From: Mobula hypostoma
Taxonomy: Eukaryota
Length of the DNA: 64,000 nt
Reading direction: 5' to 3'
Assembly: GCF_963921235.1 (NCBI RefSeq)
Contig: NC_086109.1
Span: forward strand, 35,838,001 to 35,902,000
Both the position numbers and the translations under genes were made by a program. The notes beneath the pieces are model-generated. The model saw only the letters and a program-made list of their open reading frames with translations. It did no database searches and had not been told where the DNA came from. Of this stretch, positions 48,023 through 61,029 are shown in pieces. Numbering within the stretch: position 1 is the first letter of the stretch; each line of letters opens with the position of its first letter.

Positions 48023-49521
48023 CAGTGCCTATTAAAAGTATTCACCCCCCTTGGAATATTTCATGTTTTATTGTTTTGCGACATTGAATCACAATGGATA
48101 TAATTTGGCTCTTTCGACAGTGATCAACAGATAAAGATTCTTCTGTGTCAAAGTGAAAACACATCTCTACAAAGTGATGTAAATTAATTACAGATATAAA
48201 ACACAAAATAATTGATTGCATAAGTATTCACCCCCTTTAATGTGACACACCCAATCATCCCTAGTTCAGCCAGTTGGTTTTGGATGTCACATAATTAATT
48301 AAATGGGGATCTGTGCAGTCAAGGTGTTTCAGCTGATGGTAGTAAAAATACACCTGTATCCGGAAGGTCCCACTGCTGGCAAAGACTACACCATGAAGAC
48401 AAAAGAATGCTCCAAGTAACTCCACAAAAATACTATTGAAAAGGACGTCAGAAGGTGAATACAAGAAAATTTTTAAATTACTGACTATTCCTTGGAGTAT
48501 AGTTAAGTCAATCATCAAGAAATGGAAAGAGTATGGCACTGCTGTAAATATCCCCAGAACAGGCCATCCTCAAACACTGTGTTACAAGCTTCATTGCCTG
48601 AGACAGGAGAAACTGCACATACAATAACAATTGGCCAGGTGCTTCACCAGTCACAGCTTTATGCGAGAGTGGCAAAGAGAAAGCCACTGTTGAAAAAAAC
48701 TCACATGAAATCTCAGCTAGAGTTTGCCAGAACGCATGTGGGAGACTCTGAAATCAGATGGAAAAATGTTCTATGGTCTGATGAAACCAAAATTTAGGTT
48801 TTTGGCCATCAGACTAAACGCACACCACACACCATCCCTACTATGGAGCATGGTGGTGGCTGCATCATGCTGGAGGGATGCTTCAGTGCTGGAAGGCTTG
48901 TGGAGGTAGAGGGTAAAATGAATGCAGCAAAATACAAGGAAATCCTGGAGGAAACCCTGATGCAATTGGCAAGAGAACTGTGACTTGAGAGAAGATTTGT
49001 TTTCCAGCAAGACAATGACCCCAAGCATAAAACCGAAGCCACATGGGAATGGCTTAAAAACAACAAAGTTAATGTCCTGGAGTGGCCAAGTCAGAGTTCA
49101 GACCTGAACTGAATTGAGAATTTACGGCTGGATTTGGAAAGGGCTGTTCACTGATGATCCCCGTGCAATCTGACAGAGCTTGAGCAGTTTTGTAAAGAAA
49201 AATGTGAAAAATTGCAGTGTCCTGGTGTGCAAAGCTGATAGAGACCTATCCACACAGAGTCAAGGCTATAATTACTGCCAAAGGTGCACCTACTAAATAC
49301 TGACTTGAAGGGGTGAGTAATTATGCAATCAATTATTTTGTGTTTTATATTTGTAATTAATTTAGATCACTTTGCAGAGATAATTTTTCACGTTGATATA
49401 GAAGAGTATTTTTCTGTTGATCAGTGTCAAAAAAGCCAAATCAAATCCATTGTGATTCAATGTCGTAAAACAATAAAATATGAAAACTTTGAAAGTAGGT
49501 GAAAACTTTTTATGGGCACTG
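48023..49521 (+). mobile_element. Tc1-family DNA transposon, IR/DR type, decayed
   Basis: TA TSD; ~210-bp TIRs CAGTGCCTAT.../...ATGGGCACTG with an internal direct repeat AAGTATTCACCCC. Confidence 0.95.
48393..49303 (+). pseudogene. Tc1 DD34E transposase pseudogene
   Basis: MKTKE start, [52 protein letters not shown]; deletions and stop codons. Confidence 0.9.
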
Positions 49522-50129
49522 TAAGTAGCGCAAAAATAAAATTGAAAAATAATGTGTTCATGGACTCGGTGTCCATTCACAAATTGGATGGCAGAGGGGA
49601 GAACACTGCTCCTGAATCACTGAGTGTGTGTGCTCAGCCTTCTCTACCTCCTTTACCATGGTAGTAATGAGAAGAGGACATGTCCTGGCTGATGGGGGTC
49701 CTTGATGATGGATGCTTTGAGGCATTGCTCCTTGAGGACATCTGGGATACTACAGCAATGCCCTGGATACAGTTCCACTATCTTAAATAAGCTTGTATCA
49801 CAATGGATACTCCCTCTTCATATATGCTTTCTAAATGGACCCATAACTTTATTTTGCAATTGAACATAAAACAATGTTGGTTTATATTTTGTGTTTTCTT
49901 GTGCACTAATTGATTTATGGAGCAAGCAGTTGCTAGGTAACCACCTAGCTGATATATTACACTTGCATATTAATGGACAAAATATAAGCTATATTAAATT
50001 ACAAGTTTGGAAGTCAATATATATCTTCATAGTTATAAACTGTATTTTATTGATAAACAAAGCCTTTGATCTAATTTTATGGTGGTGGGAAGTGATAAAT
50101 AACTATGCCATCTTAATTTTCTTTATTTA

Positions 50130-50412
50130 TTTCAAGATACAGTGCGCAATAGGCCCTTCTGCCCCTTCGAGCTGTGTCACCTCGCAGCCCTCAATTTAAC
50201 CTTAGCCTAATTACAAGACAATTTACATTAACCAATTAATCCACTAGTCAGGATATCTTTAGACTATGGGAGGAAACCAGAGCACCCGGAGAAAACCGAT
50301 GCATTCCCTGGGAATGATGTACAGACTCCTTACAGATGATATCAGAATTGAACTTTGAACTCTGACACCATGAGACGTAATAGTGTCGAGCTAACCGCTG
50401 TGCTACAGTGGC
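50130..50412 (-). mobile_element. V-SINE (HE1-like)
   Basis: TCTTTAGACTATGGGAGGAAACCAGAGCACCCGGAGAAAACC (reverse V-domain) and tRNA-like head. Confidence 0.75.
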
Positions 50413-51819
50413 ATAGTCAATCCCTAGTCCAGTTTGGTTGGTATGCACATATGGTCCTGAGTATTGCTACCAGTACTGCTTCATGCTTGAAAATCCTGCA
50501 GGAATATAAATTATTGCTTCTCTTGCATCTGTAAAATTACCAATATTTTTAGTAAGTTTGTCAGTGGCCGCATTTTCAACTCTGAATCACAACTCTATGT
50601 GTTTTGCTTTACTGATAAAGGGACTGATAAGCCAAGACTGTGTTTGATAGATATGAAATATCTTATGATATTATTTTGAAGGAAATGAATGGGAGATATT
50701 CCTCGTTCTTTGGCCAGCCTTTATTCCTCAAATAATCAAAATTTCAAAATAAGACCATTTATCTCTGATACATAACATTTTAAAGGAATTTTATATTGGC
50801 TGAACATTTTCCTGCAGTGTCTTTATTTCATGGATATGTTAATTGCAATTCAAAATAATTATTTTGGTTATAAATAATGCTGTGGCTTATCCTTTTGCTA
50901 ATGGCATGGTATGTACCCAAGGTTTTCATTCCATGAACTAAAGATTACCTATCCTACAGTGCAACCAAATGACAGCTAAGCAATTGAAGGGAGTTGCTGA
51001 TATGGTTCACTTGACCCATATCTTCTCATAGCCAGTTTCACTTATTGTTGCTTCAGGGCATTAACGATAGAGATGCTGTGATAACTAGCAAGATGAGGGA
51101 ATCTGACATTAGGTTCATAGTTCTATCCTGAACATAGCTTGAGTCCAGCTTTCAAAGAAGCTGCCTTACTGACTTTAAAGCTACTTTATAGTGTTTTATA
51201 ATTGTGTAAGATAGCTTTTAATTGTTCTTGGTATAGCTTAAAATAAAAGTACATCTAAAAGCGAAAACATTTTTTTTTACAGATGATTATTTGTATTTGT
51301 TCTCTTCCCAGTGTATTACCAAATGGAAAGAGATTAATGGAGAACTTTGCCAAGTTTTCCCCACTAAACTATTTTGCCAAGAACTTAGAATGAAAACTGC
51401 TTCCCCATCAAACTCTAAAATTGTTCCTAAAAGTCAGTTGTGCTCTGCTGTAGAAATTTCTCTACTTTGAACCATTTCAACCCATAAATTTAAAACATAA
51501 AATGAATCTAAGAAATAATGTTCATATATCTTGAATACTGCATTCTTGCACAAGAAAGATGAATTGCTTGCTAATGGATATTTCCTGTTCTGTTCATAAC
51601 ATTTTTCTCCTTTGAGTATTTTACATAACCTATGCATTTGTATTAATGACATAACTCTTGCAAAGCCTCAAAGTTCCTGCTAAACCCAAAAGGACTGATA
51701 AAGTTATTGAGCTATAGAATCATAGACTCTACAGAAAATCACCTTAAGTCCATGCCAGGCTCAACTACGCTGATCCATTTAAATTCCTCCACATTTCCAA
51801 CTATTTCATAAGGCTTCAA

Positions 51820-51888
51820 TCGCTCACTTACCCCTTGGGAACAATTTACAGTGGTTACTTGATCTACCAACGCACACATCTTTAAGAT

Positions 51889-51919
<31 letters not shown>

Positions 51920-52035
51920 GAATCCAGTCAAAAGGATAACATACAAACTCCACAAAGGCAGCGCTAGTTGTTGGTCTGAGCCTAAGACACCGGAACTGTG
52001 AGAGGTGGCTCCATTAACTGCATCACTGTACTCTG
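51820..52035 (-). mobile_element. Degenerate V-SINE containing a (CA)n tract
   Basis: ACAATTTACAGTGG...ACATCTTT...ACATACAAACTCCAC; (CA)n at 51894-51918. Confidence 0.55.
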
Positions 52036-52809
52036 CTTTGCCTGTCACTGATGGCTACGCTGTCATCACATGAGGATTATCTTCATTTGTACAGAACTTC
52101 AATCTGTCCAGTCTAGAAATCAATTTATGGCTGATTTGTGAATAGCAGACATTTGACAGAATTTGCTGGGATAAATACAGACACATTGAATAGCCTTAGT
52201 CTCTATCTTCACGGTATCAGAAATCTGATGTCTTAACTGCACTATCTCAGAAGTCCATGTTATCTCCAGACTAGATGATGCTGTTTGGTTCTGTGCAATC
52301 TTCTGCTTCTCCATGTAACAAGGGCAGCGCATTAATCATAAGGACCTTAATATTCTGGGTAGAACAAATTAACTGAAATGGATTAGAGAATAAATTCACT
52401 AAGGGATGAAAACATCGTTGTACAGGTAAGTGACTTAATAGAAAACAGATTATTTTTAATCTTGTTTTGCAAGACCTGTCCTGCTGCAATGTTTAGACAC
52501 AAATTGTCAACAATTTCTTTCCTCCCACAGATTCAGCTTGACACTGAGTTCTTCAAGCAGATTGTTTATTAATTAACTAACAGTTAGTTAAGGAGTCCTT
52601 ACAGAAAAGTAATTAGGAATCAATGGCATTTAATATCAAGACTGGAAGTGATTTAATTCAATCTGAAATTAGTGTGTAAAATCTAAATTAGGACAGGCAT
52701 GAAACACAATTCAATTGTGGTTGACTGAGAAACTGTAAAAACTGGTTTTACAGTGAATAAATAATAGTTACTATTTTAAAAAGGTAATATATAGTTTGTA
52801 ACAAGTACA

Positions 52810-54720
52810 TGACATCTTAAGGCACAGACCCCAAGCGTTTAAGGAAAGTGGGAAATTAGAGATCAAAAGGAAGGAAATATAATGTTGCCAAAAGAAACAG
52901 TAATTCAGGGGATTCCGAAAATTCAGAGTTTAGCAAAGGAGTGCAAAGACATTAATATAGTAAAATACAAGAGTTACCCAGCAAGGAACACAGAAATGGA
53001 CTGTAAGAAGTTCTGTGTATGGGTGGAAAGGAAACGATTAGAAAAGATGAACATAGGATCCTTCAGAATAACCTTGGATAAAAAAGTGAACTTCAATAAA
53101 TATGATGTGCTTATTTTCATGGAAGGAGACTCAGAAAATAGCAAATAAGCTATTGGGAAACACAGATCTAAAGAGATAGGGGAGCACAAAGGAGTTATCG
53201 TTAGTTTAGGAAAAATTGCACTGTAGGTAAGACTGAAAGCTAATAAATCTCCCACCCCGATGATCTGCATTTGAAAAATATCATTTTTTGCCTTCTACAA
53301 TTCACAGATGTACTACAAATTGAAACATAGCAAATGCAATGATGTAATTTAAGAAACCCAGGTGAAAGAAAGTATAGACCAGATGATCTAATCACATTGT
53401 AGGGAAATGCCTAGATTCTTTGAGTGAAGAATAGGTAGTCAGGAATTTAAAAAGATTATAGAGTTATACACATTCAATGTGGATTGATGAAAGGGAAATA
53501 AAATTTAATAAATACTAAATTTTCTGAGGTACACTACATATAAACAATGGAACCGGTGCATCTGGACATGCCAGAACATCTTTGACCGCAAGCAATTCTT
53601 AAACAATGTTAGAGTGCATTGGATTGGTCTTCTGTACTGTGATGGATGGATACTTGCATTATGCAAAAAAACAGCAGGAAGAAATGAGTTTTCTTTTGAA
53701 TTTGGAGGCTATAAGTTGTGGAGTGCTTGCAGGTCCTCACAATCCGTTATAATAATTAGATTGAGGAGATCAAGTGTAGTCAGGTTTCGATGAAGAGGCT
53801 TTTGGAATGACAAGTGTGGTTTCAAAAGGATATAGACTGGCTAAGTGAATTGATGAGGACATGCTGGACAATATATAATGAGAAAAAGTGAGGTCATTCA
53901 CAATTGTAGGGAAAAATTTATGCTTTAGATGATGAGACACAAATATATTTGTGTTAACAAAAGTTTGTGTGTGCTTACGATGGGATTGCTGAAAGCCAAA
54001 GTGCAGTTACAACATGCAATTAAGAGGGCAAATGGTATATATGTCCTTAATCAGAAGAGAGTTTGAGTATAAGAGCAGTGATGTCTTACTACTATGATAT
54101 AGGAGGCTAGTGAGGTTACATATTATATGAAGTTCTAGTATTATGACGTCCAGAATAATATTCTTTCACTAGAGCAGGGGTTTCCAGCATGGGATCCATG
54201 GACCCCTTGCTTAATGGTATTGGTCCATTGCATAAAAAAAGATTGGGAAGCCCTGCCTTAGAGGATGTGCAATAAAGATTCAGCAGGTGAACTTGTCCTA
54301 TGAAGAGAGATGAAGCAGACTGGGCCAGTACTTGCTTAAGTTTGAAAGGATAAGAGGTGATCACATTGTAACATAGAAAATTCTTTCAGGTCTTCACAGG
54401 ACAGATGCAGGGATGATATTTCCCCTGCGGGCATATCTAGAACTAATGGGATCACTGTCTCAGTTGCTGATTCAGGATTGACATGAAAAGAAGTACCTTC
54501 ATCAGAGTGCAATGGATTGTTGAAATTCTCTACCCCAGCAGACAGCCGAGGATGAATTGCTGAGCAAGTTCAAGACAGAGGTTGATAGATTCTCAGATAC
54601 TAAATGAATCAAGAAATAGAAGGTTAGTGCAGGAAAATTACATGAAGTAAAGTATTAACTGTGGTCAGTCTTGCTGAATGGTGAAGCATGTGAGAATAAC
54701 ATTCACAAAAGTTTAATGGA
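52810..54720 (+). mobile_element. Highly decayed CR1 ORF2 and 3' end
   Basis: Scattered CR1-like motifs (AATAAATCTCC..CCCGATGATCTGCAT; GATATAGACTGGCTAAGTGA; GAGTATAAGAGCAG; TTCAAGACAGAGGTTGATAGATTC). Confidence 0.6.
54175..54255. mobile_element. 81-bp hAT-type mini-MITE
   Basis: TIRs CAGGGGTTTCCA / TGGGAAGCCCTG; TSD CACTAGAG / CCTTAGAG. Confidence 0.7.
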
Positions 54721-55809
54721 TGTGAAGATTGAAATAAATCAATCTTGGCTCCCTTCTGTCTCACCTTTACCACCTTTACATCCAAAGAATGAACATTCCC
54801 CTTTGGTAGGGACCTGTGTGTGGGTGGGGGGAGCACATTATAACATCTTATTCTTGTCTACTCGAAGTAGAAGCAGCTCGCACTGAACTAATCCTGGTGC
54901 ATTGAATATTTTTATCTCATGAAACAAATCTTGATTTGATTATCTTCAATTTTCCTGTATTAAAGTAGCTTGTGCCTACAGATAAGATTTCATAATGTAG
55001 TAGAAATGCCTAGCTATTTCATGTCAGAAATTGAATACCTTATTTATTAAGGTATACATTGACTGGATACGATGACTGCAGTGAAACACACCCCAAGGTT
55101 TCTGATTGATCAGTCTCTGCTTCAAGTGCCAAAAAGGAAGGTAGATGCATACAGCAACAGGACAACATCAGGATGTTTCCGACGTGGATCCATAATCTGG
55201 GTCCAATGAGAGCAGGTTAATTTCATTCTCAGATGCTATTGTGCTCCTTGTACATTTTATCCTAAAATAATTAGTAGGCGGGAGTGATGGGGGTGTGTTT
55301 GGGATGAAGGTAGGGTTGCCAGGAATTGGAGATCAGCTAACTTGTACGTTGAGGTTCCTTCCAATAATTGCCTGTCCTATAATATTTAGAAAATGAAATC
55401 TTCCAGTCATGGGAATAATTTGGCTCCAGTTAGTGTCATATTAATTGATACAAAGAAGAAGTGCAGTCACTTCTTTTGTATTTCCCTGTCTTCATAAATT
55501 GGTAAGCAAATTTTTGATCTATGTTGTTGAACCTCTCTGTAATGTCAGTTTTGGTAATTTGTAAATGGCATTTGTAAATAGAGAAAAAGTATTAAAAAGT
55601 AAGCATTTATAAGTATTAAAATTAATTATTACATTTAAAGAAACACTACCATGCTTATTAATAATTAAGACACAGTAAATTGAGCCTTATTAAATATGCA
55701 ATGTTGAGTTTTGTAGCCATTCTTCTCAAATGAATGAGCATGCTCTACTTGTATCAGCGCTAATGTTGCTCAGTCCAACAAGATTGCTGATGAATTCAGC
55801 ACGCTCTTG

Positions 55810-56010
55810 CTCTCTTCAGCTTCTTACTTCATTCCTCCTCCTCCACCCACCTGGCTTCATCCATCACCTTCTAGCTTGTCCTCCTTCCCCTTCCCCCACC
55901 ACCTTATTCTAGCATCTTCCCTCTTCCTATCTAGTCCTGATTCATTTCCATCGATGCCGTCTGAAATGTTGAGTGCCTCCAGCACTTTGTGTGTTATGTT
56001 CTCCTCAGAG
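55810..56010 (+). mobile_element. PLE 3'-region remnant
   Basis: Pyrimidine-rich body, TAGTCCTGAT (hammerhead core partly deleted), GAGTGCCTCCAGCACTTTGTGTGTT. Confidence 0.6.
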
Positions 56011-56389
56011 TTCAGCAATGGAGCTTGGACAAAAAGCACCTGGGGAAGCTCCTCGACCAAATTCAGGACTCCTTTTAGGATTACTGGGATGGGTAAAAAA
56101 CTAATCTGTTCAATATTTCTTGGAAAGTTCAAGCCCATTAATTGCTCCAAAGTAGCACCATTCTAGTGTTACTTTTAATTGTTTTTTTTTCAGAAAGTGC
56201 TCACTGACACCAAAATAGACTGGTGACTGGGAACTTGAGTGACGCTATTAAGCAAGTTAAGTAGCAGGGACAATATTGGCAGTCTAAAGTGTTGACTGAG
56301 TCCAAGAGAAGGCTGGGGTGTGGGGAGTATTAGTGGCTGTTGATCAGGTGAAGTTCTGTTAAGAAAATTACTTTATTCTTGTCCCATCT

Positions 56390-56870
56390 AGTAAAAGGTC
56401 ATTTCTTTTGTATGCCATCCACATGCATGATTTCATCAAATCAGTACATTGAGATGGTCCAAGTGAAATGGAATAGCAAAGTGCAGAATAAAGTGTTACA
56501 ATTAAAGTGTAGTGTATGTAGACAGTAAGATGCAAGGCCATGATGAGGTAATTTGTGAGGTCAACAGTCCATCTTATTGCACAAGGACACCATTCAATAG
56601 TCTTATAACAGCAGGACAGAAACTCATTTTGAGCTTGGTAATGTGTACTTTTAGGCTTTTGTACCTTCTGCCCAATGGAAGGAGCAAGAGGAGGGAATAT
56701 CTGGGATGGGAAGGATCTTTAATTATGTGAGTAGTGTAAACAGAGTCTATTCATGGGATGCTGGTTTTTCTGATGTGTTGAACTTGTTTGCATATCTCTG
56801 CCACTTCTTGTGGTCTTAGGCAGAGCAGATGCCATACCAAGCAAGATAGCATGCTTTCCATAGTGCAAAT
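56390..56870 (-). mobile_element. Old Rex1/Babar 3' fragment
   Basis: Parallels 41880-42280 (AGTCCATCTTAT...TTTTGTACCTTCTGCCCAATGG). Confidence 0.55.
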
Positions 56871-57996
56871 TTAAACTTGGAGAGGGGTGACTAGAGTTGG
56901 GGGTCCAGTCTACAGGTGAATCCTACAAGTCTGGGGTGAGGGAAGGGGGATGTTGAAAGATGGATCTGGAAAAAGGGATGTCAGAAGAGTGGGAACTTGT
57001 ATGGAAAGAGACATTGAAGGATTGGGGTAAGTTGGTGAGAGAAAAGCTAGAAGTATAGAATTTATCCAATATGGAGCCTCATCAAAAATGTCTGATGATA
57101 GTTACTTCAGGACAACTTTGCAAAAGGAGCATTGGGCTGGAATAACTATTCCGATGTGTAACTGACAACTGAGTTACAGTGGCAGCACAAGGGTAGGTTG
57201 CTTCTCAAACTGCCTGGTCAAATCTTGGCAACAAAAGAAGGGCTACGCTCCTTCTGATGCTGTGTGACTGTGGTGCCTGTGATGCTGATGAGGATAAGTT
57301 TCTCATTGCATCTGTACTTGTGCAGATGACAATAAACTTTGAGAAATGGTCATTATCATGTTTCGTCATGATCACTGCAATTTTCAATTGAATAATCTGT
57401 TTGAACAATTTTATGATTGAATACCAGTCCAAAAATTCTTAAAAGTTACCTTTGATATTTCTGTCACAAATAGAATTATAGATCAATTCAGTATGAGTTA
57501 TGTTGGTGTTATTTTACTATCTTTTATTCTTCCCATTAGATTTATTAAGGTTACTTTTATCAGATCTTTTACTGGACTGCAATTTTAATGAATTATTTTA
57601 CAACCAACCAGCAGATTCTATTGTTTTACATCATATGAATTGATGCAGTAAAAACGTGTAATGAAATCACTGTAGGATGGCACAATTTTTGACTTGTATT
57701 AACATGGTGTACATAGATTCATTGATTCATGAAGATGATTCACTTTGCTAGAGTTCATTTCTTAATGCAAACACACGAAAATTAGATGCATGCAGTTTTC
57801 ATTTTTATAATGTTTGTGTATCAATTTTCAATTCAATGAATATCTGAATGCATTTTTTTTTAGATTTTTAACAGAAAATTGCCCGAAGTTTCTAAGGCTA
57901 ACCTTCCTTAAAGATATACAATAACTTGCTCTGACTCCACCTTCAATCCTTAGATTAACATTACTTGCAAAAGGATCTAATGCTTTCCCAGTATAT

Positions 57997-58846
57997 ATGA
58001 TGAATAACCTCTTCTCGGGCTTCCAGCCAGGTACAGGAATTGATTTCAACTGACATTGATATACTGTACCATCTTCATCAGGGATGATGCCTGGACAAGT
58101 CCAGTCCGGTGGTATTTATGCCACCATCAAAAGTTGGTCCTCATCCAATCAGGTTTCTGCTCCTCCACCATGTTTATAATCAAATTCCAGTTCTTACTTA
58201 GAGCGAGACATTCATCTTTGATAAAATTAATTTCTTCTAGTTTTATTTCAATCGTTTCCTTCACCAGGTGGACCCAAAAGCTATTGGCGCGGCACAATAG
58301 TTTTACACCATCAAAGTCAATCCTATGGCTTTGGTAAATGCAATGTTCTGCTATTGATGATTTCTCCTGGTAACCCAAACAGATACACCTCTCTGCTCCT
58401 TGATGCGGGTTTCTACCATACCGATATACGCTGCTGCACAATCGCAGGGAATCCTGTAAACACCAGCTGTCCTGAGTCCTAGGTCATCTTTGACCCTCAA
58501 AAACTGTGACGAGCTTCCTTATGGATTTGTGGATGGTATTAATCTGGTATTTCTTCAGGATCCTGGTGATCTTTCACGAAAGCGTGGAAATGTAGGGAAG
58601 TCAGGCAGTAGCAATGAATTCCTCCTCATTATTAGGTTTCCTGGTTTTTTCATTTGCACTTTTAAAGGCCTATTGATTTCCCTCACCCTTTAGCCATTAT
58701 GTAGGAATATTATGCATGTTTGTCTTGTGTCCTTGTGGAGACTCTCCAGATCCAAAATAGTTTTCGCCTGGTTAATCAGCATAGAAAGAACCGATCTATG
58801 TTGGGAGGTGTGATAATGGCTGTTATTGCTGAGGTATAAGTCCGTT
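57997..58846 (-). mobile_element. Second PLE family: RT thumb, GIY-YIG and 3' end
   Basis: TDLYLSNNSHYH.SQ.RSVLSMLINQAKTI; GVYRIPCDC..AYIG; SSIAEHC..QSHRIDFD...ETIEIK. Confidence 0.85.
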
Positions 58847-58848
58847 TT

Positions 58849-59166
58849 GGAAAACTATTTCGGACACGAAGATATTTCCATACTTTCTGGAAGGATTGCC
58901 AGGATCCTGAAGAAATACCGGATTACTACCAAAAACCCGTAAGAAAGCTCAAATCACAGTTTGCGTGGGTCAGTGTTGATCCGGGTCTCAGGACAGCTGG
59001 TGTTTACAGGGTTCCCTATGCATGCAGAGCAGTGCGTGGTGGAAATCTGCACCAAGGAGCACAGGAGGCATCAGCCCTGTTGAAGACGGCGAAGTTTGTC
59101 ATTGACACATCAGTTTAAAATCAATACCTGTACCTGGCTGGAAGCCCAGGTAGAGTTTATTCAACA
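58849..59166 (+). mobile_element. Inverted, internally deleted partial copy of the same PLE
   Basis: 58875-59070 is the reverse complement of about 58385-58600; 59073-59166 is the reverse complement of 57997-58088. Confidence 0.8.
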
Positions 59167-59661
59167 TTATTTGAAATTACAACTTCATTGCTACAATTAA
59201 TCCATTATGAATCCAGTCACATAATTAACAATAAACTTGATTGGTCATAGATTTCTGAATACTTCCCTTTCTTTAAAATGAGCTTATAGAAGACAACCCA
59301 GATAACACATCAATTAATATCTTCATTATATAACACATTTGCATCTTTTAAAATTCCAGAGGAATTGGAATTAAGATTACATATATTGATAACCTGAAAT
59401 AAATATATTACTTGTTAATTTATCTTCAAAGAACTCAGCTTGAAACTAGATCATAAAGAGTATGTTTTTGTGTTTATTGCTTACATGTGCTATACAGAAG
59501 AATGGTGTTGTGAAAGTCTCTATGGCTCTGACTCTAATGTGTTGGTTGCAGAATTCCTGAGCAATACCAGTTTAATTTTGTGTCTCCTAATGCAATGTTT
59601 ATGCTGGAGATACAATTCCAGTTTTCTTCACTGATGTATATAGACATATAAACATCAACAC

Positions 59662-60156
59662 TGTGTACATACATCTATTGATGCTTCTGGACACATCTTC
59701 AGTGATGTTCCTGGAATCATCCGGTGTTTCGGATCTTTCAACATCATACAATCTCCTCCAGGTGACCCAGCCGGGGCTGATCAGACCCCAGCTTGTGTCC
59801 AGATGGCTAGCTACTTATGACTCCATGGCTCCCCTCTTTTGAGCCACAGCATCTTGAAGCCCTCTCTGCCGCATCGGTGGTACTGCGGATAGCTCTCCTC
59901 TTCCTCTCTCCCTCGATGCCCAAAATGCTGAAGGCCCTAACTAAAGAACGGGCTATAAATCCCCTACAACCAACCTCCACTGGGAGACACCTCACTCTCC
60001 ATCCAGCCTGCTGACAGTTGCTGACCAGTCCAGCGTACTTGGAGAGCTTCCTTTCAAAGGCCTCTTCCAAGCTACCTTCCCATGGGACTGTCAGTTCCAG
60101 CAGCACCACTTGCTTAGTAGACTCAGACACTAGGACAATGTCTGGTCTCAGTGTAG
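59662..60156 (-). mobile_element. Restriction-like-endonuclease (Hero/NeSL-like) non-LTR retrotransposon 3' end
   Basis: TLRPDIVLVSESTKQVVLLELTVPWE..LEEAFERKLSKYAGL...PVEVGCRGF, the RPD...E...K..KY RLE motif. Confidence 0.85.
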
Positions 60157-61029
60157 TTCCAAAAATTTCTGCAGAAATAATGAGTAATGAACATCAGAAG
60201 CTTGAAATTTATGTGTGCCTGCTTAGCTCAGTGGGCTGCTAATGCTGTAAAAGACCTTCCTGAGGTCAGCTTCAGCATCAGATAAAGAGAATCTGCCTTC
60301 ATTGTCTACCACTCTAAAGTTGATGATCCCTTTGTCTGATCACCAACCCTGCCAACGCCATTCCTTAATCTTTAGAGCGGATGGGAACTCAATTACCAAA
60401 ACAGAAATGTGGAGCAAAATAATAGGGCTATGGTCCAGGTGCAGGTCAATAAGACAAGGAAGAATAATAGTTTGACATGGACTAATTGAGTCAAAGGGCC
60501 TGTTTCTACGCTGTACTATTGTATCTCTCTAATAAGTTCATGTTGTAATATGATGAAAGTTTCCTATATTTGCAATAATGCACAGCATTGAAAGTTATGA
60601 AATGAACCTGATGTTCCCATCGAAATAATTTCAATATAAAAAGAATCATACATTGTTAGAAAATTAGAAAACAACTCAATTTCACTAAAATATAATATAT
60701 AATTACTACTCCGTCTTGAAAATACAACAATAGCATTTAATTTGGACAATTTATTCTGAAGCAGCTTTTATCTTGAAATGGTCAAATATTTTATAATTTA
60801 TTATTCATTTAATTAAGGCTTGATGAGTTATGTGTTATATTTAATCATGTCTTTTGTAGTTTTGCACATAATTCTTAATGAAGGTGACTTACTGTGACAT
60901 TTTTATTTTAGTGGTGAATCAGGTTGAACTTAATTAATACATTGTAAACTCAGTGGATAGATGACAATGGTCTTGAATATTGTTCATATAGCCAATGGCA
61001 CACATTTATAGCAACATGTTTAATGAGTT

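Larger units (their letters stand above)
47605..49755 (-). mobile_element. Rex1/Babar 3' fragment hosting a second LINE tail (about 47665-47941) and the Tc1
   Basis: ATCAGGTTTAATATCACTGGCATATG tail; GATGGCAGAGGGGAGAA...CTGAATCACTGAG continuation after 49523. Confidence 0.55.

Noticed and set aside
56001..56097. Possible exon (ctcctcag|...GATGG|gtaaaa)
   Set aside because: The acceptor derives from a PLE terminus and the peptides are unrecognisable; RNA-seq would be needed.
59720..59752. Hammerhead-like TGATG...GAAAC in the RLE element 3' UTR (minus strand)
   Set aside because: The core CUGAnGA is not satisfied (AUGAUGU) and there is no proper stem II.
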